DNA of 64,000 bases from an uncultured Nitrospiraceae bacterium (GCA_963727805.1 CAVSHF010000004.1:1-64000); one strand, 5' to 3'; positions 30,498 to 40,487 are shown, counted from the first letter of the stretch. The notes: generated by a model from the sequence alone, not told the origin. Translations and numbers: made by a program.

Positions 30498-30536
30498 AAA
30501 AAACAAAAAGGTAGATGGCACTTAAGCCGTCTACCT
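30498..30536 (-). terminator. Intrinsic terminator
   Basis: AGGTAGACGGC/GCCATCTACCT stem followed by a U-rich tract on the - strand. Confidence 0.75.
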
Positions 30537-30732
30537 CACTTTTTATAGGTTGCCGGAATCGTCCGGTAACCTCTTCGGTTGGCTGGCGGTTACATCATGC
30601 TTCTCTATTGCTTCTTTTCCGTCAGTCAACCCTGGGACTGTCTAATGCAGCCCCATTTGCCCCTTGCGAGGCACCTTTCTCCTGTTTTACTGCTCTTACA
30701 TGGAGAAAGATTTGAGAGAATCCCTCCTCTCT
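30498..30732 (-). ncRNA. Candidate ~235-nt multi-hairpin small RNA, unassigned
   Basis: Bounded by a sigma70 promoter and a terminator. Six consecutive hairpins and no credible ORF. Confidence 0.55.
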
Positions 30733-30738
30733 GATTCA

Positions 30739-30766
30739 ATCATAGCACATTTTAGAAATATGTCAA
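30739..30766 (-). promoter_or_regulatory. Sigma70-type promoter
   Basis: TTGACA-16 nt-TATGAT with an extended TG. Confidence 0.7.
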
Positions 30767-30775
30767 GCGTTTTTT

Positions 30776-32140
30776 TTGAGCGAGCAGATAAACTGTCCAC
30801 ATCTGTAGCACATAAACTGTCCGGGTGATATATGGATAGCAGGGGGGCTATCCATGAAACGTTCGGTGGTGTTGCAGGAGGTACGGAAGATGAGATTTGA
30901 AGAAAGCTACGAGGGCTGGAAAGAAGGACGGCTAACACAAGAGGAAGCCGCGATGCTTCTTGGGGTCTGTGACAGGACGTTTCGGCGGTATCTGATGAGG
31001 TATGAGGATCAGGGAATGCAAGGACTCATAGATAAGCGTTTAGGGCAAATATCACACCGACGTGCGCCAGTTGATGAAGTAATGGCGCTATCGGATCTTT
31101 ATAGCAATCGTTTTTGTGGTTTCAATGTCAAACACTTTTACAGCTGGTATCGACGTGCTTATCAGGGAAGCAGAAGCTACACATGGGTCAAAAACACTCT
31201 TCAGCAAAAGGGATTGGTTCCCAAGGCAGCACTGAAAGGGACCCACAGGAAAAAACGGACCAGAGCGCCCTATGCTGGCATGATGCTCCACCAGGATGGC
31301 TCCCGGCACCAGTGGATTGCCGGCAAATACTGGGATTTAATCGTTACGATGGATGACGCCAGCAGTGAACACTACTCGATGTTCTTTGTTGAGGAAGAAG
31401 GCACGCAAAGCAGCTTTCGGGGGGTAAAAGAGGTTATTGAGCAACACGGATTGTTTGCTTCGTTGTATACAGACCGCGGAAGTCACTACTGGCATACCCC
31501 GGAGGCCGGAGGGAAAGTGGACAAATCAAATCTAACGCAGTTTGGTCGTGCCATGAGCCAACTGGGCATTAGGATGATTGCTGCGTATTCTCCTGAGGCC
31601 AGGGGGCGTTCTGAGCGAGCATTCAGCACCCATCAAGACCGGCTGGTCAAGGAGCTTGCTATGCAGGGCATTACTGAGATAAAGCAGGCCAATGATTATC
31701 TTGCAAATACATATATGCCGGCCCATAATGCTGAGTTTGCCACTGTCCCTCAAGAACCAGATAGCGTGTTCGTGCCTTGGGCAGGCACTGCCTTGCAAGA
31801 CATCCTGTGCGAACAGTATGACCGCACCGTAGGCAACGACAATTGTGTGAAGTTCGAGGGGCTAAAACTTCAGATCCCGGCGGATCACTATCGCTGTCAT
31901 TACGTCAGGGTTGCGGTGAGCGTTCATCGCTATCCCGATGGTGGTCTTGCTATCTACCATGGCCCTAGAAAATTGGCTGCCTATGACCCTAACGGAAAGC
32001 AGATTGCTGGTTGCTCACATGCAGCGGCATGAGCCTTTATAAACTGATCCCGGTGGCCTGCCATGTTCCATGTGCAGCCACCCTACAGAATCGGACAGGT
32101 TATTTGCTCTAAAACAGGACAACTCTATTTGTTGACAACA
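30776..32140 (+). mobile_element. IS1202-like (ISNCY) element
   Basis: Subterminal repeats ATAAACTGTCC twice at the left and GGACAGGTTAT/GGACAACTCTAT at the right. Right end finishes in ACA; left terminal TGT not intact. Confidence 0.75.
30854..32032 (+). CDS. ISNCY/IS1202-family DDE transposase (HTH + integrase core)
   Basis: LTQEEAA..LGVCDRTFRR HTH, HQDGSRHQW, MDDAS, YTDRGS and SPEARGRSER motifs. Confidence 0.92.
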   Translation: MKRSVVLQEVRKMRFEESYEGWKEGRLTQEEAAMLLGVCDRTFRRYLMRYEDQGMQGLIDKRLGQISHRRAPVDEVMALSDLYSNRFCGFNVKHFYSWYRRAYQGSRSYTWVKNTLQQKGLVPKAALKGTHRKKRTRAPYAGMMLHQDGSRHQWIAGKYWDLIVTMDDASSEHYSMFFVEEEGTQSSFRGVKEVIEQHGLFASLYTDRGSHYWHTPEAGGKVDKSNLTQFGRAMSQLGIRMIAAYSPEARGRSERAFSTHQDRLVKELAMQGITEIKQANDYLANTYMPAHNAEFATVPQEPDSVFVPWAGTALQDILCEQYDRTVGNDNCVKFEGLKLQIPADHYRCHYVRVAVSVHRYPDGGLAIYHGPRKLAAYDPNGKQIAGCSHAAA

Positions 32141-32425
32141 GTGTAGCGATTTTTTTGAGCGTTTTTTTTGAGTTTTGTCAAGGCAAAGCAGAAATGGGTG
32201 TCCGGTTCTATGCCACCGCCGTCTGCGGGGTTTTTAGTTTATTGTTAGTGAGGACGAATTTCCCCCTCCAGGGATGATCGCGAGGAGGAATGTACCGCTT
32301 CCTCTTCGTCCCTGTCAGCGGTTGTTTTATTTCCTCGGGATGTTTGGTGATCTGAGGATATGCAAGGGACTTGCCCTTACAAAACTAAACTTCGGTAGAA
32401 AGCCTGTGTAAGAAGCCATGTCTAC

Positions 32426-32911
32426 TTATTGCTTTACCCAGTCTGTTATGCAAATCGACTCATTATTTTGCGGCACCCATCCCTTCGCAGTCTTGATGAA
32501 TTCCATTCTCATATTCTCCAGTCGACAAACCGAGCCAGCCGGAAGGGTGGCATCTACTATGTCGTGACCATTGTCACTCAGTCGCATAACAAATGCTTTG
32601 GAGAGAGGTGCTACCCCGCGTTCATCCATGGGGATGCCACTTACCAACCGAGCATTGTGGACGTGTGCGTCTTGGGAACTTCTGACTGTGGCATTGTAGA
32701 TAACTGTATAAATATCGTGTGGCAAGGCCCTCCCTTGGAGGCGTTCAAACGAGGTTATCTCAACCTTGACCGGGCATGAGGACTTTGCATCAGCAAATTC
32801 ATCGACAATATACTTTTTGATCGAATAGTCTGTTGTGACCCTGTAACTAGCACACCCAAAAAGCATCGCTGTCGCGACGGCAATGATTACTATAGCCGAT
32901 GATTTATTCAT
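32426..32911 (-). CDS. Hypothetical lipoprotein
   Basis: MNKSS.. signal with LFGC lipobox. Confidence 0.65.
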   Translation of the reverse strand: MNKSSAIVIIAVATAMLFGCASYRVTTDYSIKKYIVDEFADAKSSCPVKVEITSFERLQGRALPHDIYTVIYNATVRSSQDAHVHNARLVSGIPMDERGVAPLSKAFVMRLSDNGHDIVDATLPAGSVCRLENMRMEFIKTAKGWVPQNNESICITDWVKQ

Positions 32912-33531
32912 TCTTATAATCCTCCATCTATCTGTGGCCATTTAAGAATATGCTCTCATATAATAGTTTAATTGATTTTATTTTGACTATACTTGATCAC
33001 TAAGTGCAAATAGGTAAGCGGGTTGATAATAATGAAAGGAGACCTTCCTCTCAAAATAAATGACAAGTATACCAGCCTTTGCACTTGAGATGCGGCACCT
33101 GCCTTAATAAGTGTAAAATTAGGTATCTATCCCGGCTAGTGTCTCTACTCTACTGAATACCCTATTTCTTAGCGATGTAGATCGCTGCACGTTACAAAAA
33201 TTCACTCAACGAAGCGGTTATGATAGATGTTATTCGAAATACTCACTTCTTAGTCGGATCTTAGACTGAAGGTTATCAGGCGGAACCAATAAAGTCCGGC
33301 AAAGAACACCGGTCTCGATTTCAGAAAAAACATTATTTTTCAGCATCAACTACTTAATTTGCGCAGCGTGTAATCTAAAATAGTGCAGTAGGCAATGCTT
33401 CATTCGCGTCAGGATGAAAGTTATCTTGCAGAAAGGGCTGCGAAACTTTTGACATAGCCAAGCGGGCGGACATCTTCAACACATAGAAATGAATAGTATA
33501 CACTGCCTTTTTGATAAGCTATAATAAATAA

Positions 33532-36510
33532 ATGCTTTTGAGACATCGGAATATCTTTTTTTTGCTTTTTGCTTTATCGGGATTCTCCGGTCTAATCTAC
33601 GAATCGATCTGGACCCATTATCTGAAACTTTTCCTTGGACACGCAGCATATGCTCAAACGCTTGTATTGGCTATCTTTATGGGTGGACTGGCTTTGGGTT
33701 CATGGATATGCAGCAAGTACTCAGTGTGGTGGAAGAACCTGCTTTTGGGTTACGCTGTCGCAGAAGGGGCAATTGGTCTGTTTGCTCTGATTTTTCACAC
33801 TGCATTTGTTCAAGCGGTGGACATTTCTTATACCAGTGTGATCCCGAATCTCGGCTCGCCTTTAAGCATTACCGCCTACAAGTGGACCCTCTCGGCGCTG
33901 ATGATTTTGCCCCAGTCGACGCTGCTGGGGATGACCTTTCCCCTGATGAGTGCGGGCGTGCTCCGCCTCTTCCCCGACAAACCGGGCAGGAACGTTGCCA
34001 TGCTGTACTTTACCAACAGTATCGGCGCATCCATCGGCGTTTTAGTGAGCGGGTTCATTCTCATCCGTATGGTAGGGCTGCCCGGGACCATTGGAATAGC
34101 AGGAGTAATAAATATCATTCTGGCTCTCGCAGTCTGGTGGCTGGTGCGGTTTGGGCCGTCAGAGGTTAAGCCTGCAGTAGTCGTGGTAGCTCCACCGAAA
34201 GAGAACATTCGCTGGTACCGGCTATTCCTGCTGGCATCACTGGTCACCGGGCTTGCCTCTTTCATCTATGAGATTGGATGGATCAGGATGCTGAGTCTTG
34301 TTCTCGGCACTTCAACCCATGCCTTCGAGTTAATGCTCAGCGCGTTCATCCTGGGCCTTGCCTTTGGCGGTCTGTGGATACAGCGACATATCGACCAAGT
34401 CGAAAGTCCGGTTCGTTATCTTGCAAAGGTGCAGGTCATCATGGGGCTTCTGGCCCTTTCGACCTTGCTGCTTTACGGACACACCTTTGAGGGCATGCAA
34501 TGGCTTGTGAAGAGTCTGCCGAAGACCGACACCGGATATACACTCTTTAATCTTTCCAGCAGCGGCATAGCGATGGCGATCATGCTGCCGACCACTATCT
34601 GTGCGGGAATGACACTTCCGCTAATCACCTTTATTCTGATCAGGAGGGGGCAGGGAGAGAGTAGCATCGGCGCAGTTTATGCCGCCAACACTGTCGGAGC
34701 GATTATCGGGGTTTTCTTTTCCATTCATATAGGGATGCCGCATTTAGGGCTGAAGGGGCTAATCACCCTTGGGGCCGGCATGGATATCACCCTTGGAGTA
34801 GCGCTTCTATGGAGCACTGCAGCCCGGTTCATTAATCAAATGTTACTACCGGCCGCTATGACTGCGGTCGGCGCTACTGCGGTAGCTGCCACTTTCCTGT
34901 TCGTGCAACTTGATCCCTTTAAAATGGGGTCAGGGGTTTATCGTAATGGGATTCTTGAATCTCCCGACACAGACCGTCTTTTGTATTACAAGGACGGCAG
35001 GACCGCCACAGTAAGCTGCTTCTTGGACAACCAGGGTGTGATATCAATACGTACCAATGGGAAAGTTGACGCAGGAATCATGACCGTTCCTGAGAATGAA
35101 AATACTGTTGATGAAACCACAATGATCCTTCTTGCGGTTGTGCCCATGACCCTAGCTCCGCAAATGAAAACAGTAGCTGCCATCGGCATGGGATCTGGGC
35201 TGACATCCCATACTCTACTTTCGAACCCGTCAATTCAGCAGGTTGATACCGTGGAGATTGAGAAAGAGATGGTTGCGGCTGCAAATTACTTCAGGCCCCG
35301 CGTGGAGTTGGTTTACACCGACCCGCGCAGCAGGATTTACATTGACGATGCCAAGACCTTCTTTTCCACATACAACAAGAAATATGATCTCATCGTGTCG
35401 GAACCTTCGAATCCATGGGTAAGTGGCGTGGCAGGGCTTTTTTCAAGGGAGTTCTATCGGCTGATCAAAACGCATTTGCGTGACGGTGGCCTATTTGTGC
35501 AGTGGGTGCAACTTTACGAAATCAATGTGGACCTGGTAGCATCGGTGCTCAAGGCGATCTCAGAGAACTTTTCGGACTACGAGGTCTATGCAAGCAACGA
35601 TAATGACATGCTGATTGTAGCCAAAAAAGGTGGTCTCCTTCCCGATCCGGATTATTCAGTTCTGACGGTCCCTGCAATCAATTCCGCTTTGAAGCGGATA
35701 AAGGTTAATAGTAGTCAGGATATATCTATTAGAAAGGCAGGATCGAAGAAATTTCTTGCGCCCCTGCTCGAATCATTCTCTACACGTGCCAATTCTGATT
35801 ATCATCCGGTTCTCGACCAGAATGCTGCGCGCGCCCGCTTCCTGAAGGACTCAGCACAGGATTTTCTGAATTTTCAGCACATACCGATTCCTGCCATGGA
35901 GATCCTTGACGGTGCACTATTGCGACAGGATGCGACGAATGTTACTTTCACTAATTACTTATTTAAAGCACAGGCGACGGTCACGGCTATGGCTCTTCGT
36001 GATTATTTTATGTCGGGCAACGTCGCCGCGGGTCAAACTAACGAAGATCTCATGAAGAAAGCTACTTTTATAAAGGCGGCTTGCGGAGGCATGTTCAACA
36101 CTAGCCAACATGAACGCTTGGAAACGATGTTCACCCTGTCGGTTGCGATGGTCCCATACCTTAACCCTTCCGAATTGGGCTCATTTTGGAGCGTACTGAA
36201 ATCAGGAAAGTGCGTCTCGTTGTTGTCAGCCGGCGAGAGGCAGTGGTTGAACCTTTTTAAAGCAGTGGGAAACAGGGATGCAGTCCGTATGATGGAGGAA
36301 GCGCAGACAATACTGGCCAGCGGGAACGAGCTTTCGCCGATAGCAAGGAAATACCTTCTTGCATCCGGGATGGTGGGTGCACTGGCTCAGGGTAAGAGAG
36401 CCGAAGCGAACTGGCTCTGGACTAAATACGGTTTATCGCTCATCGCCACGGACGATCCAGATTTACTTTTCAGAATGCTTGCAGCTGAAAGTGTGGGTGT
36501 GGCCCGCTGA
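33532..36510 (+). CDS. Polytopic membrane protein fused to a spermidine-synthase-like SAM-binding domain
   Basis: Repeated SG..LIYE..W / G..Y..N..GA TM modules, IGMGSG, VEIE, DDAK and IVSEPSNPW motifs. Confidence 0.88.
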   Translation: MLLRHRNIFFLLFALSGFSGLIYESIWTHYLKLFLGHAAYAQTLVLAIFMGGLALGSWICSKYSVWWKNLLLGYAVAEGAIGLFALIFHTAFVQAVDISYTSVIPNLGSPLSITAYKWTLSALMILPQSTLLGMTFPLMSAGVLRLFPDKPGRNVAMLYFTNSIGASIGVLVSGFILIRMVGLPGTIGIAGVINIILALAVWWLVRFGPSEVKPAVVVVAPPKENIRWYRLFLLASLVTGLASFIYEIGWIRMLSLVLGTSTHAFELMLSAFILGLAFGGLWIQRHIDQVESPVRYLAKVQVIMGLLALSTLLLYGHTFEGMQWLVKSLPKTDTGYTLFNLSSSGIAMAIMLPTTICAGMTLPLITFILIRRGQGESSIGAVYAANTVGAIIGVFFSIHIGMPHLGLKGLITLGAGMDITLGVALLWSTAARFINQMLLPAAMTAVGATAVAATFLFVQLDPFKMGSGVYRNGILESPDTDRLLYYKDGRTATVSCFLDNQGVISIRTNGKVDAGIMTVPENENTVDETTMILLAVVPMTLAPQMKTVAAIGMGSGLTSHTLLSNPSIQQVDTVEIEKEMVAAANYFRPRVELVYTDPRSRIYIDDAKTFFSTYNKKYDLIVSEPSNPWVSGVAGLFSREFYRLIKTHLRDGGLFVQWVQLYEINVDLVASVLKAISENFSDYEVYASNDNDMLIVAKKGGLLPDPDYSVLTVPAINSALKRIKVNSSQDISIRKAGSKKFLAPLLESFSTRANSDYHPVLDQNAARARFLKDSAQDFLNFQHIPIPAMEILDGALLRQDATNVTFTNYLFKAQATVTAMALRDYFMSGNVAAGQTNEDLMKKATFIKAACGGMFNTSQHERLETMFTLSVAMVPYLNPSELGSFWSVLKSGKCVSLLSAGERQWLNLFKAVGNRDAVRMMEEAQTILASGNELSPIARKYLLASGMVGALAQGKRAEANWLWTKYGLSLIATDDPDLLFRMLAAESVGVAR

Positions 36511-36824
36511 AAAATTTCGTTCAAACGCTATAGTATAAAGACCCACTTCTTGATGAAGTTATGCCAAAGACAGGGCACGTTATTCCTCATATACTACGCT
36601 TCGAATGTATCCAGATCAGCCTTGACGATTTCCTCGGCGAGTCCATCCGAGCGGAACGGCATGCGCTTGCAGTAGTGATGATCTCCTCTCGTGTCCCGCA
36701 AGATAATCAGTATGGCGAGAGTAAGAGTAAAAGGGACATGATTGCCCCACATCACTTTTTTGATTCAGAGGAGTATAATTTACTATATATCGAAACATAA
36801 CCGCATAAATTCAAGAGGAATAGA

Positions 36825-37271
36825 ATGCAGAAAACAAGTTTGTTATTAGCCCTTATTTCAATCTCTATAGTAATTACTCATATGGCGGAGGGATCAGACT
36901 GGATCTATTTGATGGAAACCCAAGCGGGTGGCTATTCTTATGATAGGCAAAGCGTTAAACGCATATCAAAGGATATCTGGCAGGTATGGACTAAACAAGT
37001 AGTCATAACAAAAGAACAGAGAGACTGGAATATAGAAATTTTGCAAAAACTTAATCTTTCTACTCAAGGTTATGAGGATTTTAGCTATGGAATGGACTTG
37101 TGGGAAATCAATTGCTCAACAGATCAAATGCGTTTGGTACGCTTTGCTGCTTACACCCCAGCACATATGATTATTGATTCAAGTAACGTTGAACAGAAAT
37201 GGAGCCACGTTATTCCCGAATCAACAGGAGGACATCTTTATGCCATATTGTGCAATTCAACGGAAATATAA
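36825..37271 (+). CDS. Hypothetical exported protein (surface-adhesin-E-like)
   Basis: Signal peptide and YDxxSV..VW.K..EINC..W..VIPES pattern. Confidence 0.6.
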   Translation: MQKTSLLLALISISIVITHMAEGSDWIYLMETQAGGYSYDRQSVKRISKDIWQVWTKQVVITKEQRDWNIEILQKLNLSTQGYEDFSYGMDLWEINCSTDQMRLVRFAAYTPAHMIIDSSNVEQKWSHVIPESTGGHLYAILCNSTEI

Positions 37272-37388
37272 CTTTTATTTCCGCAAGATTACAGAAATGT
37301 TCAGGGGATAACGTAGTTTCTGAAAAGCTACACTCCACAGCCTTCCACTGATAATTGGAGCACCTACGAGGGAGAGAGAAGTTATAAG

Positions 37389-37461
<73 letters not shown>

Positions 37462-37475
37462 TTTTGCAGACTTAA

Positions 37476-37505
37476 AGAATATCATCTATAATCAAGGATT
37501 GTCAA
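37476..37505 (-). promoter_or_regulatory. Putative tRNA promoter
   Basis: TTGACA-18 nt-TATTCT with extended TG just upstream of the tRNA. Confidence 0.55.
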
Positions 37506-37555
37506 GGGTTTCCGATTCTGCTATGCTTTAATAATAAGGGGCATGAAAGGCTGCT

Positions 37556-37966
37556 ATGGGCAAACGAGTTGTATGTGCAGGCACATTTGATTACCTCCAC
37601 CAGGGGCATATCGATTTCCTGAATCAGGCAAGAGCGCTCGGGGATGAACTTGTTGTTATTGTGGCCAGGGACGATACGGTGAAGAGGATAAAGGGATTTC
37701 TGCCGAGCCAAAATGAAGAGTTGAGAATGAATCGTATCAAGGAAACCGGTATCCCTGACGCGGTAGTGCTTGGCAACCAGAAAGAAGACCTTTTCCATAT
37801 ACTCGAAGAACTGAAGCCGGATATTATCGCCCTCGGTTATGACCAGCGGGTGTCGGAAGAGATCGTGCAGAAACGTTGTCCCGTATGCACTGTTGTACGG
37901 CTTGCCTCTTACCATCCTGAAAAATTTAAATCCTCTTTATATCGCAGTCGGGATGCAGGAGAGTAA
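37556..37966 (+). CDS. Cytidyltransferase-family nucleotidyltransferase (RibL-like FAD synthase)
   Basis: GTFDYLHQGH (HxGH), VARD and PDIIALGYDQ motifs. Confidence 0.85.
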   Translation: MGKRVVCAGTFDYLHQGHIDFLNQARALGDELVVIVARDDTVKRIKGFLPSQNEELRMNRIKETGIPDAVVLGNQKEDLFHILEELKPDIIALGYDQRVSEEIVQKRCPVCTVVRLASYHPEKFKSSLYRSRDAGE

Positions 37967-37984
37967 GACTTTGGGAAAAATAAA

Positions 37985-38006
37985 AAGGGCCTCCGAAGAG
38001 GCCCTT
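37985..38006 (-). terminator. Intrinsic terminator of atpBE
   Basis: AAGGGCCTC-TTCG-GAGGCCCTT followed by a U-tract on the - strand. Confidence 0.85.
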
Positions 38007-38035
38007 ACAGAGTAAAAAAATTAGTGGATGAAAGT

Positions 38036-38398
38036 TTACTTCATCAACTTGTCAAGAAAAGGATTTGCATAGAACGTGATAAGAACGACAACGAGGGCAT
38101 AGATAGCAAGGGACTCGATCATGGCCAGACCGATAATAAGGGTCGTCATGATCTTACCGGATACTCCGGGATTCCTTGCAGTACCCTCTGTTGCACCTCT
38201 TAAGCCGTGGCCCATACCGATACCGCAACCTAGTGCTGCCAGGCCGATACCGATGGCACAACCAATCGTGGCAAGACCGAAATACGAAGACTTGGCGGGA
38301 TCGACTCCCTTGGCCATTTCTTCAGCACCGGCAAGTGGTGCAAAGAGCGCCACGACAAAGAGGGTGAGCATTGAGATTACAAACAGTTTCTTCATCAT
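38036..38398 (-). CDS. atpE: ATP synthase F0 subunit c with N-terminal extension
   Basis: GxGxG helix, ARNP loop and IESLAIY carboxylate motif. Confidence 0.95.
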   Translation of the reverse strand: MMKKLFVISMLTLFVVALFAPLAGAEEMAKGVDPAKSSYFGLATIGCAIGIGLAALGCGIGMGHGLRGATEGTARNPGVSGKIMTTLIIGLAMIESLAIYALVVVLITFYANPFLDKLMK

Positions 38399-38419
38399 TA
38401 TCCTCCTTTCTGGATTATT

Positions 38420-39103
38420 TTAATGCGCTTCCTCTACCGCACCGGCGAGGTAAAGCGTCGTCAAAAGCATAAAAACATAAGCCTGAATGAAACTTATCAG
38501 GGTCCCGAGGAAGAGTATGGCTGCAGGGATAATGGCGGGAGCTAAGATTGCCAGAACGATGAGAAGTATATGTTTTGCGAACATGTTTCCGAAAAGTCGG
38601 ACGGACAGAGTGATCGGCCTCACGAGATGTCCAATCAGTTCGAGGAAGAACATGAATATCATGAAAGGTATGGCGGCAACGGAGCGGATGGGGCCAAGAA
38701 AATGCTTAAGGTAGCTTAAACCGTGTACCTTGAAACCCCAGAACTGATAGATGAGAAATACGGGAATGGCCATGGATGCTGTCATATTGATGTTGCTTGT
38801 CGGAGACTCGAAGCCGGGTATCAGGCCAAAGAGGTTACAAGTCAGAATATACAGAAAGATCGTGCCGAGAAGTGGATAAAACTTTTCTCCGTAGTGGTGG
38901 CCGATGTTATTTTCCGAAGTGGTAAGGAAGAAGTCGGCAAATATCTCCATAAAATTTTGCACTCCGGAAGGTACCAGGCTCAGCTTGCTTCTCACCGCGA
39001 GAGCGGTGCCGATAAGCAGGATCATGGCAAGCCAGGAATAGGTGACATACGGTTCGAATGTATTGAGTCCGGGGATTGCGCCTAAGATTGTCGGTGATTC
39101 CAC
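38420..39103 (-). CDS. atpB: ATP synthase F0 subunit a
   Basis: PSGVQN, NLFGLIPG, RPITLSVRLFGN and QAYVF..L motifs. Confidence 0.95.
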   Translation of the reverse strand: MESPTILGAIPGLNTFEPYVTYSWLAMILLIGTALAVRSKLSLVPSGVQNFMEIFADFFLTTSENNIGHHYGEKFYPLLGTIFLYILTCNLFGLIPGFESPTSNINMTASMAIPVFLIYQFWGFKVHGLSYLKHFLGPIRSVAAIPFMIFMFFLELIGHLVRPITLSVRLFGNMFAKHILLIVLAILAPAIIPAAILFLGTLISFIQAYVFMLLTTLYLAGAVEEAH

Positions 39104-39190
39104 TTTTAAAGTCCTCCTTATGTATCTATAAGCTATATTTATTAATTAGTTAGCGGTTTCAAATACGCAGTTATATTAAAGAAACCGGAA

Positions 39191-40486
39191 TTAAATGTCA
39201 AGCGGATTATCCCTCAGAGATTTCAGTGCCCTGTACGCTATGTCTTTCCGGTAATGCATGCCGTTGAAATGTATATTTTTTATCGCTTCATATGCTTTAT
39301 CTCTGGCAGCCCTGATATCCTCTCCGAGGGCTGTGACTCCAAGTACTCTTCCACCGTTAGTAACGACGTTATTATTTTTGAAGGTAGTGCCCGCATGAAA
39401 AACCGTTACGTCTGCCATCTTCTTCGTCTCGTCAAGTCCTTCGATGACATCGCCTTTTGGGTAGGTGCCCGGATATCCCTTTGCGGCAAGCACGACGCAC
39501 ACAGCCGCTTCCGGCTTCCACTTGACGTCTAGTTCCGAGAGCTTTCCATCGGTCAGGGCAAGGCAGATATCGAGAAGGTCCGTTGAGAGACGTGAAAGGA
39601 CCGGCTGTGTTTCGGGATCGCCGAGCCTGCAATTGAACTCAAGGACGGAAGGTTTATTATTGTTGATCATAAGGCCGGCGTAAAGGATGCCTTTGTATTT
39701 GATTCCTTCGGATTTCATGCCCTCTATAACAGGTCTCATAATAGTATCAACGATTTCTTTTTCAAACGCCGGAGTGATAATCGGGGCTGGACTGTAAGCG
39801 CCCATGCCCCCCGTGTTCAGACCGATATCTCCGTCAAAAACCCTCTTGTGATCCTGTGAACTGACCATCGGGACGATAGTCTCTCCATCAGTAAAAACCA
39901 TGAAAGAGGCCTCCTCACCCTGAAGGCACTGTTCGACAACGACCCTGTCGCCCGCTTCGCCGAAGGCCCTGTCTTTCATAATGAGTCTGAGTGCATCAAT
40001 GGCCTCATCTATAGTGGACGCAACGAAAACGCCCTTGCCGGCAGCAAGGCCGTCAGCCTTGATCACAATAGGCGCGCCCATCATCCTCACATAATCTTCT
40101 GCGTGCATATAGGTCGAGAAGACTTTGTATTCAGCTGTAGGAATGCGGTAGCGCCTCATGAAATCTTTTGCGTAGATTTTGCTCGATTCGAGCATTGCTG
40201 CAGCCTTTGTCGGGCCTATGATCCTCCTGCCCTCTTTTTCGAAAATGTCGACGATGCCTTTAGACAGGGGGTCTTCGGGCCCGACAATGGTCAGGTCGAT
40301 CCATTCGTACCTTACAAAATCGAGCAGTGCCCCGAAGTCATCGGGTGCTACCTCAATACATTCGGCAAGTTCGGCGATCCCGGCATTCCCGGGAGTGCAA
40401 TAAATCTTGTCCACCTTCAGTGATTGCGAGAGCTTCCAGGCAATGGCATGTTCCCGTCCGCCCCCTCCCACGATAAGAACTTTCAT
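39191..40486 (-). CDS. purD: Phosphoribosylamine-glycine ligase
   Basis: GGGGREHA, KADGLAAGKGV, NTGGMGAY and EFNCRLGDPE motifs. Confidence 0.97.
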   Translation of the reverse strand: MKVLIVGGGGREHAIAWKLSQSLKVDKIYCTPGNAGIAELAECIEVAPDDFGALLDFVRYEWIDLTIVGPEDPLSKGIVDIFEKEGRRIIGPTKAAAMLESSKIYAKDFMRRYRIPTAEYKVFSTYMHAEDYVRMMGAPIVIKADGLAAGKGVFVASTIDEAIDALRLIMKDRAFGEAGDRVVVEQCLQGEEASFMVFTDGETIVPMVSSQDHKRVFDGDIGLNTGGMGAYSPAPIITPAFEKEIVDTIMRPVIEGMKSEGIKYKGILYAGLMINNNKPSVLEFNCRLGDPETQPVLSRLSTDLLDICLALTDGKLSELDVKWKPEAAVCVVLAAKGYPGTYPKGDVIEGLDETKKMADVTVFHAGTTFKNNNVVTNGGRVLGVTALGEDIRAARDKAYEAIKNIHFNGMHYRKDIAYRALKSLRDNPLDI

Positions 40487-40487
40487 A

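Noticed and set aside
30498..32425. Retron/DGR or CRISPR-leader interpretation of the structured regions
   Set aside because: No reverse transcriptase, cas gene or repeat-spacer array anywhere in the window.
36561..36800. ORF with HVIPHILR resembling tyrosine-recombinase box II near the tRNA
   Set aside because: No following LGH or catalytic Tyr and no upstream integrase sequence.
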